A stretch of DNA of 64,000 nucleotides from Chrysomallon squamiferum. Its lineage: Eukaryota; Animalia; Mollusca. Below, one piece after another: positions 11,377 to 24,000 of the stretch (within the stretch, counting starts at the first letter, position 1; each line of letters opens with the position of its first letter). Made by a program: the position numbers and the translations under genes. Where the stretch lies: contig CM022675.1 in NCBI GenBank assembly GCA_012295275.1, positions 17,422,001-17,486,000 of the forward strand, written 5' to 3'. The notes beneath the pieces were generated by a model. It worked only from the letters and a program-made list of their open reading frames with translations. It ran no database searches and was not told the DNA's origin.

Positions 11377-14300
11377 CTTGAAATTGATTAATGGTCAGAT
11401 ATCCGACCATAGGCACACGACAAGAAGGCGTACACAGGCGGAGCAAATAAATAAATTCAGTTAAATTCGTCTAATGTTAATGTGGAATAGCGGCAGTTTT
11501 ATATGCAGTAGACATTGAAGAAAAGCCTTTGGCAATCTTTTAAGACGACCACATATTACATCTTGTCAGTTTAATCTTCAAACGGCCTTTTCATTCCAAA
11601 GCGATTTATCTGCTACTGTTTCCAAGGAAATGAATTTCATTTTCTGCTAATCGAGTACTTAAATTTTCAGTGTGTTCCGTATAGTTTAACGAAATTTTGA
11701 AAACAAATGAAATACATGAAAATATATTAAATAATAAAAATAATAAGTTATTTGTTGGTGATTATCAGTCTTTTTAATTTAAATTGTTTCACGGTGGAGA
11801 GGAGATTAAGAAAAATTATTATTTTGATATTTTTCTTTTAAGTCACCTATTTAATTCATTTGTTCGTTTTTAAAATTGTCTCAGTATTTATTATCTCTTG
11901 TTGCTGACAAATTAAACATTTTCTAATGTTCTTTGAATTACGTAATGTTTTACACACAATATAATAAATGTGTTGAAGTGTTGTTGACTATTTATATCAA
12001 TGTTTAATTTATCAAATACAAACTACTAACTGTGAGAAAGGAAGAAATGTGTATTTAACAACGTACTCAGCACGTTGTCTACAACAACTTAGCAACAAAT
12101 ATATGATTAAAGCAACACTGCCATTTACAGAGTAAACGCACCATCATCAGGCTTTGACATACTGTTTTGATAAACAGGAATCAGAAGGAACATTAGCTAC
12201 TGCAAGAAATAGTATCATAACAGTACCAAGGACTGATCCTGCAACCAGTTGGCAAAGAGCTATTCTCACAAACATTGTTATAGCAAAGACTGAAACTGGA
12301 TAAAGAGTTTCATACTTGTAATTCCTATCACGTTTTTCAATCTAGCAATACGAAAGACAAGAGACACTGGCATTTAAATATATAACTTAAAAGGGATTAG
12401 TGTGTAGGAGAGCTGAAAAAATTGATGCTGATGACATGCTTAAAATAAAATTAGTCACACGGATTTCTCTACATCTTTACAGTCGTACAAAAATGTGGGT
12501 AGTATATTTCTTTTTACATCAAAATCTTGATCAAAATCTTGACATGTGAAAGAAGAGATTCTCTTTCTTTTTTCTTCTTTTCAAATGTTTTATTGAAAGC
12601 AACCAGAGTTTTGGACAAATCTTGAATGAGTGGAATATGTGTTGTGCGTTTGTGTTTCAATATATTTAATTTTTATTTATTTATTTATTAAATGAAGATC
12701 GTTTTTTAAATTTCATTAGTTTCCAGTTATAGGTAAAATGCTGGTTTTTATTATTATTGTAAATATATAAAACACAAAAAATTGTATTATTCAGGTCAAA
12801 AGAATATGTTGTCTGTTATCATCCACCCAAGACTGGTTCTCAAAGACAATATTTAGGGTCCATGTAAGTTCAGAATTTCAAAAGGCTGCAGTATAAAACG
12901 TATAAGGCTGATAAAAATAAACTTTCAAAGTTTTACATATCTAGTAACATATATCTTTTAGATCAAATATAAAACTTGGAAAGCAAATTTGTCAGTTAAA
13001 TTCATTTGAATACAAATCATATAATGCTCATGTCAAAAAACACACCATATCTCTTCCTTTTATTTTCTACTATGATATTATAACCAGTAAATTGTGTTAG
13101 AGTTTCTTGTGTTGAGAAGGTAGTTGGCATTGACATTTTGCACAGACAATTACTCTATACTAGGTACAAATCATTCACATATGGTATATATTTAGAACCA
13201 AAAATGCAGCCTGGCTCATGGTATAGTATTCTTGTGGTTATATATATATATATATATATATACATATATAGACACCAACAGTCATACCAGAAAAAGAAAA
13301 AAAAGGAATACAAGTTGTATTTATGTTGCATTTTTATAGCAAATTTGTTACAGAATTTTTCGATGTAATATCATATCTTAACTTTCACAAAATTAATAAT
13401 TGATAGACATATATTTTTATATTCCAAAAATTTCTAGTGAACAACATAAATATATAAAATATAAATGAATTAATAAAAAATATGTTCATTCTTATGTGCA
13501 TCAACAACATAGATCTTTACCATAGTAACCATTCAGAAGGAAAGTAATATTAGAACTATCACAGGCTTGTTGAACAATGCTGGTGATGTGGAAATGGATT
13601 TGGGGGAGAGTTGCATGGGGTTCGAAAATCTCTTTCATTTGCTTTTATCAGGTGGTTAAAATAATAAAAGCAAAGAACTTTAACACCTTATATATCAGAA
13701 TCCTCATTTTGAAACCTTCTAAACATTTGTATGATTGAAGACATGGATGTTGTCTGTAACTTGCCAACATTTCAAGTTTATAATTAAAGTATTTTTTTGT
13801 AAGGCCAAACTGAAAATTCAGAACCGGATTTAAACTGCGTTATGTCACCAAATGCTCCTGTTAATGAAGTGTCATCTAAGAATGCCATCTGGCTGGGGGG
13901 GGAGTATAGACAAAGGTTAATGGGCTAATAAATGATTTATAGCCAACTGAAGATTTTGCTCACTGAAAAGGAACTAAAAAGTAAAAGAAAAAAGTTGGAA
14001 AAAAAGAATAGGAAAGAAAATCTTGATGAGATTCAGAGCTACATTTCATCTTGCTGAAATCAACTACAAGCAGTCTGCACTGAAAATGGAGGGTCCATTG
14101 ATCCTCTCTTCAAGTAGACTAATGTTTGTTAAATTCTGTAACTGTATCACATTTAGGTTCTGGCTTAATGTAAAAACTAGTAAATATATTGACTTAAAAT
14201 TTTGGCCATTATCATGCAATATCTGTGTCTTTATCCATGTTTTGGGAAATATGAAGTGTTAAAGTTTAGTGGTACTTTTTTGTTTGTTTTTTTTGCCCCT

Positions 14301-15731
14301 GATAAATTAAATAAAACTTCCATATCTAAATAAAACGACGGTAAGAAAAAGTTGTAAGTCATTTACCAATGTGCCACTGTAATAAATCAGTAATAAAAAT
14401 TATAAGTGAGCTTATTGAATTCAGTACAGTTTTGATGACTATGCTTAATCAAGGTCCCAGTATCTTAATTATATAAATTTAAAAAAAAAGAAAAAAGAAA
14501 GAACAATTAAAAAAACATCTCACAAGCAAAGGGTAAAAGAAATCAAAAAATAGTTTTCTTATATTTATTTTTATTGCTATTTTTAATCTGTCTTCTTCTG
14601 GCAGTTACTGTTCTTGAAGGTTCTTATTTTATTTCCAACCCCTCCCTGCATTTTTTCATCTTTCTAATAGTTATTTTTTATTATTATTTTTGTATTATTA
14701 GTATTATTTATTTCTTTTTTTTGAAATCTTTTTATTTCTTATTTTGTATCTAAATATTTTCAATCTGAGAAATAATTAAGCAGAAAATAAATTTCAATAT
14801 TTATCACAACACATCTTTGGTGGTTTAAGCTAATTTGGTAAACAACTTTAAATACAATGATCAATATAATTAAATTTATAGAAAATAAACCCCCAAGTGT
14901 CAAAAAACAAAACACAAACATAAAGGAAAACTAGTACAAAATTATCACTGCAAATTTAAATTTATTTGGCAAGATCTAGTTGAAATTTTGTTATACAAAA
15001 AGATAATATAATTACATGCAGATTATTGACAGAAAAACCTCTGATTTTTGTACACAGATTTAAAATACTTAAGCTGCATATAATTCTGAAATAACTTCTT
15101 TATCTAATTGTAATGTTTTCAGCTGTTATATCATACCAGCAACAATCATCACATCTCATGCTATTAATACAATAACCTCTTTATTAGAAATGCCATAGAG
15201 TATCTTTATTTTTAGATGATGCTTAAAAAACCATTTACTTAATAGTATTTATAAACACTGGTTGGCCCATTATTTAAGCAATTGTGTATTTATAGATTAT
15301 GTTTAAAAGACAGGATTAAAAAGAAACTTACAAATCAATGACAAATGTAATACTGTTAACAATTAGAAGAGATATATCCATTTTTCGAATGATTCAGCTC
15401 CTGCTTTCTGGCAAGGATAACTAAAACCAGTGAGCAAAGGTACAAAATACTTTAGAAAATATTATATAGCAATATCACCGAACACAGTCCCCTGCACTGA
15501 GCTAGCTAATTTTTATTTAAAACAAATGAAACTAACTCAGTAACTGTACAAGTGGGTACATTAATGCACAAATTTTCTAATATTATATACAACTACTTAA
15601 CTTTGATATTACAAATCTTTAATTGTTATTCACCAAGAGTAAATTTTAATTTATTATTTTAGCATTTAGTTTTCATTTCAAAAGAATAGTATTTAGTATA
15701 ATAACATAAAAAATAAATATGTAAAAAAAAT

Positions 15732-15856
15732 AAGAAAAATAATATATTTCAAAAGTTATCTAGTGTAATTATATGATTAATTAAATAATTAACACACCAT
15801 GATTTAAACAACTTTTTAATTACACTAGATAACTTTTGAAATATATTATTTTTCTT
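15732..15856. repeat. Perfect 40-bp inverted repeat with 45-nt spacer
   Basis: 15732-15771 is the exact reverse complement of 15817-15856; weaker pairing extends outward. Confidence 0.9.
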
Positions 15857-16091
15857 GTTGTTTTTTTGCATATTTTATCATATATTTTGCCTTGATTTCT
15901 GATGCAACAAATTAAAAAAGAAACAAAACAGATTCAGATATTATAAAACAAACCATAACATAAAAATCAAAAATTGTAAGCAAATGATATGACAAGATTC
16001 AACACAAATATTAGTCTGTTCATTTTGGTGATAAAGATATCACTTCTCAAACTCTGAATGATAATAACATACATTTCTGTTTCACTGTGCT

Positions 16092-17337
16092 TTAAAATAA
16101 TGAAAAGTGACGATCAGTTTTGGCCATTGTATCAACAAATCTGAAAAGAAATTTAAAAAATCCAATGAAGCAGAATAAAATGTATTACTGTAAACTGTAT
16201 TTGAAATGGACAAAAACATAATTCTGTAATTTAACATCATCGTAACAAAAATGATAACATCAATAATACTGGCAAACAATATTTATGTAACATAATGTCT
16301 ATAATAATGATTTTATATAACAATAATAATAATAATAAATAATCATAACAACAGTGATGAAATAATGAAGAGATCTAGATAGCAATGTTTACAAAAGCTG
16401 GCCAAAACATGATATATAACTACAGTAAACCTACTTTGTCATTTCACTATGTATTTGAGGATAACGTTGTGTACGTGTCCATGGTTGTCTAACTCCTAGA
16501 GGTTCATCTTTGTGAAACCAGCCATACTGTGATGACGTAGTTATTGGAAATATGTAGATCTGATATGGATCTGTAATTTAAAATTATTATATTAGATACA
16601 ACATAAATGTATTGCCAACCTCGGAACTACAGCAGTTACGGGAGGGCTGACCGGTTTATTGAAAGCTATACTATGCATAATCCAGCATGCTGCTAATTAG
16701 TAGAACTGTTTATGGATATTACCGAAGAAACGGCCGTTGTGGGTTTATTTGTTGTTGTTTTTAAAACAAAATTTAACTATATCTCTGATTTTGATTAATA
16801 TAATTGAAAGTATTTGAATAATGTCACGTGACAAAGTCGCTAGCGTCAATATAAATGTCCCACGACTTTTATTTTTCGAATTGTGAGTGATGTTTGCATT
16901 TATCACTGAATGGTAAAATAAAAATACGTTCAAGATTATATGCTACAAGGAGCATATTTCATAAAAAAAAAATAATAATTAAAAAAAATATCCAGCATCT
17001 ATCACTCAAAAAACCTGAGAAATATTAATAGTAAAAATGTAAAATCTTATAAAGAAAAACATGTCGTTTATTTTTTTAAGTTTTTACCTTTTATATTTCT
17101 CGTATGTTTTGTCCTCATTCTTGTAAACTCAACGTACGATCCTCGAGGACCGGGTGGATAACCTGAAATTTGGTTAATCGGCAAAACAGATTTTGTTGGC
17201 ATATTACGGTCCATCAACGGTGGCAATGCCCGAAATCCCAACTCGGTCCTGGAGCGAATCGGACATTCCTGGGCCAAAACAGATGCTTTAGAAATTGTAT
17301 TCTGATAGCCTAAATGCGTCAGGTTAAAAAACGCCAT
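16092..17337 (-). CDS. TEX49: TEX49/SPMIP11-like sperm/ciliary microtubule inner protein, 144 aa
   Basis: Exons 17337-17088, 16570-16435 and 16140-16092; GT-AG introns of phase 1 and 2; total 435 nt. MAFFNLTHLGYQN..., LPP, PITTSSQYGWF, PW...RYPQIHSEMTKFVDTMAKTDRHFSLF* match the vertebrate TEX49 termini as I recall them (MAFFNLYLLGYQN ... SAMTRFMD...DRTFSLY). Confidence 0.85.
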
Positions 17338-17504
17338 TATAATTGTTTATAAGAATCTGCCCACGTTACAAAATCATATAAACTATAAACATGCAAGAAT
17401 ATTAAAACATTATTTCTGGTTGATATAGATTGTACCTCCGGTTTTGTTCTGGGATTTTTCTTTCTTTCTTTCTTTCTTTTTTTCTTTTTTTTTTCGGGAG
17501 ATTA

Positions 17505-17517
17505 GTTGCTATGGTTC
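17505..17517. promoter_or_regulatory. RFX X-box-like motif upstream of the TEX49-like gene
   Basis: GTTGCTATGGTTC compared with the consensus GTTNCCATGGNAAC; it lies about 170 bp upstream of the ATG of a ciliary/flagellar gene. Confidence 0.55.
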
Positions 17518-17602
17518 GATCAACATTTCATTCATTCACTGCGTACGAAAGTACTTTCTACAACATTATTCCTGTTAGACATACGCTAACGCTCTGAGAT
17601 AA

Positions 17603-17665
<63 letters not shown>
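17603..17665. repeat. (AAT)n microsatellite in the bidirectional promoter
   Basis: About 19 AAT units. Confidence 0.9.
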
Positions 17666-17948
17666 CAAAAATTAAAAATAAGAAAGAAAAATAAAGGAAA
17701 GCAATTTCTTATTTTTGTTTTCTACTGCGGAGACAATAAATGAAGAGAACTTTTTGAAATAATAAATAATTTTTATTGTCGTTTATATTACTTTTTGTAA
17801 TAAAATATTGTAAATGAAAGCAGCCATAAATCAAACATATTGCGAGAAAACATCCTGCAATGAATAATTCATTATTATTTCGAATTAAATATATAGCATG
17901 ATAGCTTATAAGACGTAGTATATGTAGTATACCTCAACCTGGATTGCT

Positions 17949-17957
17949 ACCGGAAGT
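17949..17957 (+). promoter_or_regulatory. ETS/GABP-type motif in the CCT5 promoter
   Basis: ACCGGAAGT about 110 bp upstream of the CCT5 ATG; typical of housekeeping and bidirectional promoters. Confidence 0.45.
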
Positions 17958-18061
17958 CTCGATATTTGCTAGATGCGGTAAATTGTTCTGGTGCCTTCCA
18001 TAGTGAAATGAAATAAAATCCATGCGAATCTGCAGAACTGTAATTCACAGAATTATACGAA

Positions 18062-21000
18062 ATGGCGTCGGCGGGTACTCTTGCATTTGATGAATACGGT
18101 CGTCCGTTTATAATCGTTCGAGATGAAGAAAAACAAGGACGTCTTTCTGGTAAAGAGGCACACAAGGTAAAACAACATAGGTTTCTCCTATTCGTAATGA
18201 GATTATTTAATGGTTGTAAAATTATATGAAATACAGAATTTTATTCCCCCCACCCCTCTATATAGGTATGTGCAGATAATCGCACTTAGCGGCTGCCGTT
18301 TCTTACCAATAACCTGTTCCACTGAAAACGTATTTCGCATGAGGGGGGGGGGGCGCCGTTTGTTCGCTTTTCATTGACTCGTGTTATATTCTTTTCTTTA
18401 GGTATGTGGATAAATTTTTCAAACCCCACTAATCTGAAAATAAATAAGACAGTTGGGTAGAGCTTGTAAACCACTTTAAAATGATACCAAGATCAAGTGA
18501 ATATGTAAAAAATTAAGGAAGTAGCAGCAATTTTAAACCCCCTGAAAAGCAATTTTTTTCTTCCGATTAAACGCTATATAAGTCATTAGAGGTTTGTGAC
18601 CAAAAATAGTAATATTTTAACATTTTCCCCTCAATCTTTGTTAATAAGCAAGCTTTCTTGATGAAATTTTCAGTGAAGACCAATGCCAATCTCTGCTATC
18701 GATTATATTTGTAAATATTAATTAAGAAGTTATTAATTAAGGTACCAGCAACCTAACAAACAATAATTTATGTGGACAAAAAATTCTACCAACTTCAACA
18801 CTACCAACTTCAACATAAATAACATTGCTGAAAAGAACTCTAAAAACCCTATAAAAAGACAACAAACATCATGTGATTCTGTTGAGTATTAAGGAAGTTA
18901 CAGCATTTTAACGTTTTCAATTAACACTAATTAATTGTCCTATTATTTAATGCATTTCCGCCATTTGCATTACAATGGCGTGACCAAAATCCTATTGTTT
19001 TTCACTAAAATGCATGTAACTTTCTTAATAATGAAATTTTATTAGTGAAATTTGGACTGAAGATAGATGGTAACTAGTCCTCTCAAATCAAGCTATTAAA
19101 AATGCAAGCTATTAAAAATTGAGGGTAGAAATCACTTCAGTTTCACTCGAATTTTCATCCGCCATGTTTGATTTTGAAGCCATTTCGATGTTACAGCTCC
19201 TCTTTCCGGCGTGTGCAGTTTTTTTCAGCTGTGTCAGATTTCAATATAAATTCACATATAATAAAATTAAATATTGTTCTTCGCCTCCATCTATCTTAGA
19301 TTATCCTCCGATATCGAAAACGACCGATTTTAACGTGTTGAATACGAAATTTTCGAACTCTCCTCCGAAACGAACCAATTGACCGAATTGAAAAATTCGA
19401 AAACGAGTGAGTATACGGGAATTTCCCGCTAATTATACCATCAGGGATAACCGAAACTCCCAACCCCTGAGTAACGAGAAGCGATTTACGCAGAGACACC
19501 ACTCGCCATCGGGGGAAATCCCGATCACACAGATTTGGCAGAAAATGGCGGACGCAGTTCCGGCAGAAATACACATACCTATTTACTTGGGATTTCTGCA
19601 TGCAAACTCAGACGGGATATTGATAAGTGCTCACGATTTCAAATATTTTGATTCCGTTGAGTTTTTCTGTGCCTACGCTGCTTTTTAGAAAATTACGAAT
19701 TTTCAACACACTAAAATCAGCTACGTGACACGAACGAAAGGTAATTGGACATTATAATTAGGTGGGTTTTTTTTTTAAATTTTATCAAAATGTATGGACG
19801 CATTCAATTGTTATGATTGCCTCGTGAAAAATGGTCTTTTGGTCATTTCGGTGTTCGATCGCCATCTTGACACTATTATGGAATTTTGAACATGCTACAA
19901 TCACTAAAACCGGTTACGTGACACGAACGAAAGGTAAGTGGACACAATAATTAGATTTTTATATTATTGTCTTTAAAATTTTATCAAAATGCTTGGAGGC
20001 ATTTAATTGTTATGATTGCCTCGTCAAAAATGGTCTGGGTGTCATTTCGGTGTTCGATCGCCATCTTGAAACTTTTATAGCACATGCTTAGCGAAATCGC
20101 CGTTAATTTACGTTTTCTACAGACCGAAATCGCGTTGATTTTATTTACAATCGCCGTAAATTGTTTCCTACCTAGTCGAGTTGCCGTAAATTTTATGTGC
20201 AACTACAAATAACTGGTGCTATTTGAAATGATTATATTTCTATAATCTATGTTGATTATAGTTTTAATAGCTTGTAGGATGCATGTTTTATTAAATGTTG
20301 TGACTTTTACTAAATATAATATGAATTCGTTCTGAAATAAACGAATTAATATTGTTTTGCCGATTACTAGCATTTGATGTTTAACTATAATCCTCTGCAA
20401 TACATAAACTCAGAAAGGTGTTGCCGGTCTTAATTAGGAACAATACAATGTGTATATAATCATGACATTAAAGATACAGGTATGGTAAGTGTCATTTGAA
20501 GCAGACAAAAGAATTTTCTTGGCATTGTGTTTGTACATCCTGTGATTTGACAGCAAACAAAAGATACCTATCAATGTATCATGTGACCATTGCACATGTT
20601 TTCTCTGATGGAGCAAATCAACACTTGAAGCAAAAATAACCTAAGTTTTAAAACTGAACACTTTATGATTTATCAGTTTATGGTTTTATGATAAAAAATA
20701 AAATTAAAAAAAAGGTTATACGTTTCTTATTTAATATTCTACGAATACCTCTGGTACTTAGATTCACAGAATACAGTCATTGTACTGTTCTGTAGTACAG
20801 TTTGTTATGCTTATGATTTTTAATTCACCATTTATCGCAAGAATTTTAAAAGCAAAACACGAAGTTAGTTTATTTCTGATTGTATTCATATTATAATGTA
20901 TATACTTTAGAAATCTGAACACTGGAGAAATCAGAACACAGGAGAAAACCATGCATCCCAAAAGTTATTAAAAATACGAACATCGTTTCTATCATTTTAA

Positions 21001-24000
21001 ATAGCAGTTTTTATATGTTTATTACTTTTTTTTCATTCTTTCTTTTTTTTTTTTTTTTTTTTTAATTTGTTTTAAGGCAAGCAATATACATTTGTTGACA
21101 TAACGTTTGTTATAAATTTATACGCCATTGGTATTGATAGCGACGTTGTTAGAAATATTGAGTTTTGACCTTCCTGGGTGCTAAAAATAGTTGGTGTTAA
21201 GCAAAGGTGACACCGTCTTTAGCTGTGCGCTTTGGAGAGCGACACAGCTTTAGCTTTAGGGATGTTCACAAAGTTCGTTTATCCCCACCACATTTAACAC
21301 TCATACAAACTTACTGATTTAACACATAACAAAAACATCACCAGTTAAGAGTGCATAATAATCTGTATTTGAGTGTAATTGTTTTTCATGTTATATTTTA
21401 CAGAAGGGATTTGGGAGTTGCTGGAAATGGACAAAATCAGCACTTTTGATAGCTTTTTCCAATTATGTTTGTTAGGCTGCTGGTACCTTAATTAATAACT
21501 TCTTTTTAATTTTTACAAATATAATCGATAGCAGAGATTGGCATGGGTCTTCACTGAAAATTTCATCAAGAAAGCTTGATTATTAACAAAGATAGAGGGG
21601 AAAATGTTAAAATATTACTATTTTCGGTCACAAACCTCTAATGACTTATATAGCGTTTAACCAGATGAAAATAAGTGCTTATTAGGGGGTTTAAAATTGC
21701 TGCTACTTCTTTAATTTTTAACATAGTCACTTAATCTTGGTATCATTTTAAAGAGGTTGACAAGCTCTACCCAACTGTCTTATTTATTTTCAGATTAGTG
21801 GGTTTTGAAAAATTTGTCCACATACCTAATGCATTCAATTGTTAGGATTGCCCTTGTGAAATATGGTCTGTAACAATTATATGACAGTCATTTTTATGTT
21901 TTTAATAGAAATGTTTTTATTTGAGGGAAAAGAGCTTGGATTCTACAGTCACATAAGTTGTGTGTCAGGAAAAGTTGTATTATTAAAAAAAAAATACATT
22001 TGTTCAATCACTTGGCAACAAGTACAGTCAGAATTGGTCTACAGCATACGCTGGGGTATCTTGCATAATCATCAGCTTCTGTTTTTTCGATCATCTGTTT
22101 TTATGTTCCTAGTGTTTTATATGGTAAAAAATAAAAAGAAGCTGGCAGTGTCCTAGGCAACAGCTGGACCAAAATTAAATTAGCTAATAGCCAAGATAAG
22201 GAGGCTATATGTATCCTTTTGGGAATTCTATCTTGCTTATTGAATAGCTGGATATCTGTGCAGATTCTCTGAATTCGGAGGTGTGTTTGTCAAATTCTTA
22301 GTGATTCAGTGGTGAATTGACATTCTTGATAGCATGTACATATAACATTAGCCCAAGTATCCTCTATCAGGGAACAGGTTAGATAGATATTTGAATGGAT
22401 ATCTGCCACAGCTTTGGCTTTATATTTCTTTGGTTTGGTTATTTTCAAGTTTGTTATTGCTATGGAAATACAAGACCCCAATCATATAATCACTGACTCA
22501 AAAAATGTTTAAACTGACCTCAGTGATGATATAAAGGTCAGTTGATTAAAATGTAAGCTTAGTAGCATGATGTATGCACATGGTCTTCTCAGTAAAGATG
22601 TCTGATAATGCAGAGGACTTTACTAATTATATTTTTAAGAATGCTGTTTAAATTTTGAAATAAGGAGCAAAAAGATGGATGATATTTGTTCAGTTTTAAA
22701 CTGGAGTAATATGAATGCTGTTTTTCCCACTGAATATGGCAAGACTTTATGATGGATAAAGTGTCAAAAGTTGATGTTTGTAAATATTAAATTTTTTGTA
22801 TCAAAACTAGTTACATAGAAACTATTTATTTTGTAAATGAAAACTGATTTTAAAACTCTTTTAATATGATTTGAACTTGCAATTAAACACCAAAGAAGTA
22901 ACTTTAAACAAATAACAAAATAAAGATAATTTAGTCCCAAGAAACTATATTTTATCTATACATCATATCTTGAATGCAGGGTAAATACATGTACATAGTG
23001 TGTATGTAATGCATTTAAAATTTTCTCATTCTGTTGAGTTTTAACCACCATTTAGCTTGCAGTTTAGCTTGCATTTTAGCTACCTTTGCTAGTTCTCCAG
23101 AACATATTGGCAACTCTTTGTAATTACTTTAACAGTAAATTTTAAAATTTATTTCTCCCAGACAAGAGAGATATATGCAAGCTGGTTGATCAAAGCAAAA
23201 TTATTTTAAATTTGGCACAAAAAGTAATGAAAGACTTGTGAATACTTCCTCTAAATTCTTCATGGCATCATGTACACTTCATTTATTTTTGATACTTTGG
23301 CAATCTTTGCTAGTTCTCTCACATACTGTATACTGAGATGACCTATCTCATGTCATCACACTGCAAAGATTTCACATGTTAATCAGCTGGCATTTATGAT
23401 AGGTTTGTTGGGTTCCTTTGTAGCTCATTTATATATGACAAAGTGGAATTTTCTATGGTACCAACAAACTCAATAATTACCAAACTAAAGAATTGTAAAA
23501 TCAAGATTATGGAATCATTGCTAATTGTTTGTTTTGCAAAGATTAAGTGAAAAACAATGTAGATGTATCTGTGGCAGACAACCCACTCTATCCATCAAAA
23601 TATCTGTTTTGTGTCAGAGGACACTTGGGCAAACAACTATGCAGTGTACTACTTGTTGGGTATCCTCTGGTCTGTAATGTGCCAGCTGGATTCACAGTAT
23701 GTAGGTACCAGCAGCCTAGCTGATATAACTGGTCGAAGCTGTTAAAAGTTCAGATTTTGTCCATATTCCTCCAATCCCAAATCATTATGTTCTCTTTTAA
23801 ATGGTGTTGTTCTTGTTGTATGTTAAATCAGTTCTTTGTACGAATGTGTTAAACACAGTGGGGGTAAATGCTCTTTGGTGCCTGTGGTCAGCAATTAACA
23901 GCGTGGAGTAAAAAGTCATAAAATATGGTCGCTCTACAAACGCCTGGTTTGTTTTCGCCAAAATGGCTTCAATGTTATTTTTAGCACAGATAGGAGGGTC

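Noticed and set aside
13930-14120. Lys/Glu-rich short reading frame
   Set aside because: A-rich low complexity with no motif or exon support.
19119-19688. ORFs of 87-101 aa in a CpG-rich patch
   Set aside because: Inside a repeat element, with no recognisable domain or splice structure.
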